A stretch of DNA of 64,000 nucleotides from Octopus sinensis. Lineage: Eukaryota. Positions 63,851 to 64,000 of the stretch are shown one piece after another. Location: positions 11,532,001-11,596,000 of the forward strand of contig NC_043021.1 in assembly GCF_006345805.1 (NCBI RefSeq), in the 5' to 3' direction. Position numbers and translations under genes: made by a program. Under the pieces are notes generated by a model. The model saw nothing but the letters and a program-made list of their open reading frames with translations, was not told the DNA's origin and made no database searches. Every line of letters starts with the position of its first letter. Within the stretch, counting starts at the first letter, position 1.

Positions 63851-64000
63851 TATTATTATTATTATCATTATGGATCTTTACCTTTTGACCTACAGATTTA
63901 AAAAATAATTTTCTTTAACTAAACACTTTCAAACTTCGGACGCTGGTAGAATGTGTCATATAAAACATGTTTTACTCTTAGCATTTTTGAGAAAAACTTA

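Overview
AT-rich, microsatellite- and SINE-dense animal genomic DNA whose repeat landscape looks like an octopus (cephalopod) genome; this is inferred from the repeats, not proven. The window carries the first seven coding exons (718 nt, 239 codons) of a GIT-family ARF GTPase-activating protein gene (GIT1/GIT2 co-orthologue) on the minus strand. These exons encode the ArfGAP zinc finger and the ankyrin repeats. Intron 1 is 49.4 kb, and reading-frame continuity requires two GC-AG introns. Intron 1 contains several notable structures. One is a ~7-kb array of ~233 palindromic 30-bp units directly abutting an ~880-nt degenerate foldback, whose loop holds a candidate recursive splice site. Another is a related 29-bp array. 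There are also Penelope-like remnants carrying minimal hammerhead ribozyme motifs, including a duplicated foldback with four U3-A8 variant hammerheads. The rest is tRNA-derived SINEs, LINE fragments, MITEs and simple repeats, plus a possible terminal exon of an upstream gene near 61.4-61.6 kb. Nearly all long ORFs in the supplied track are repeat artefacts.
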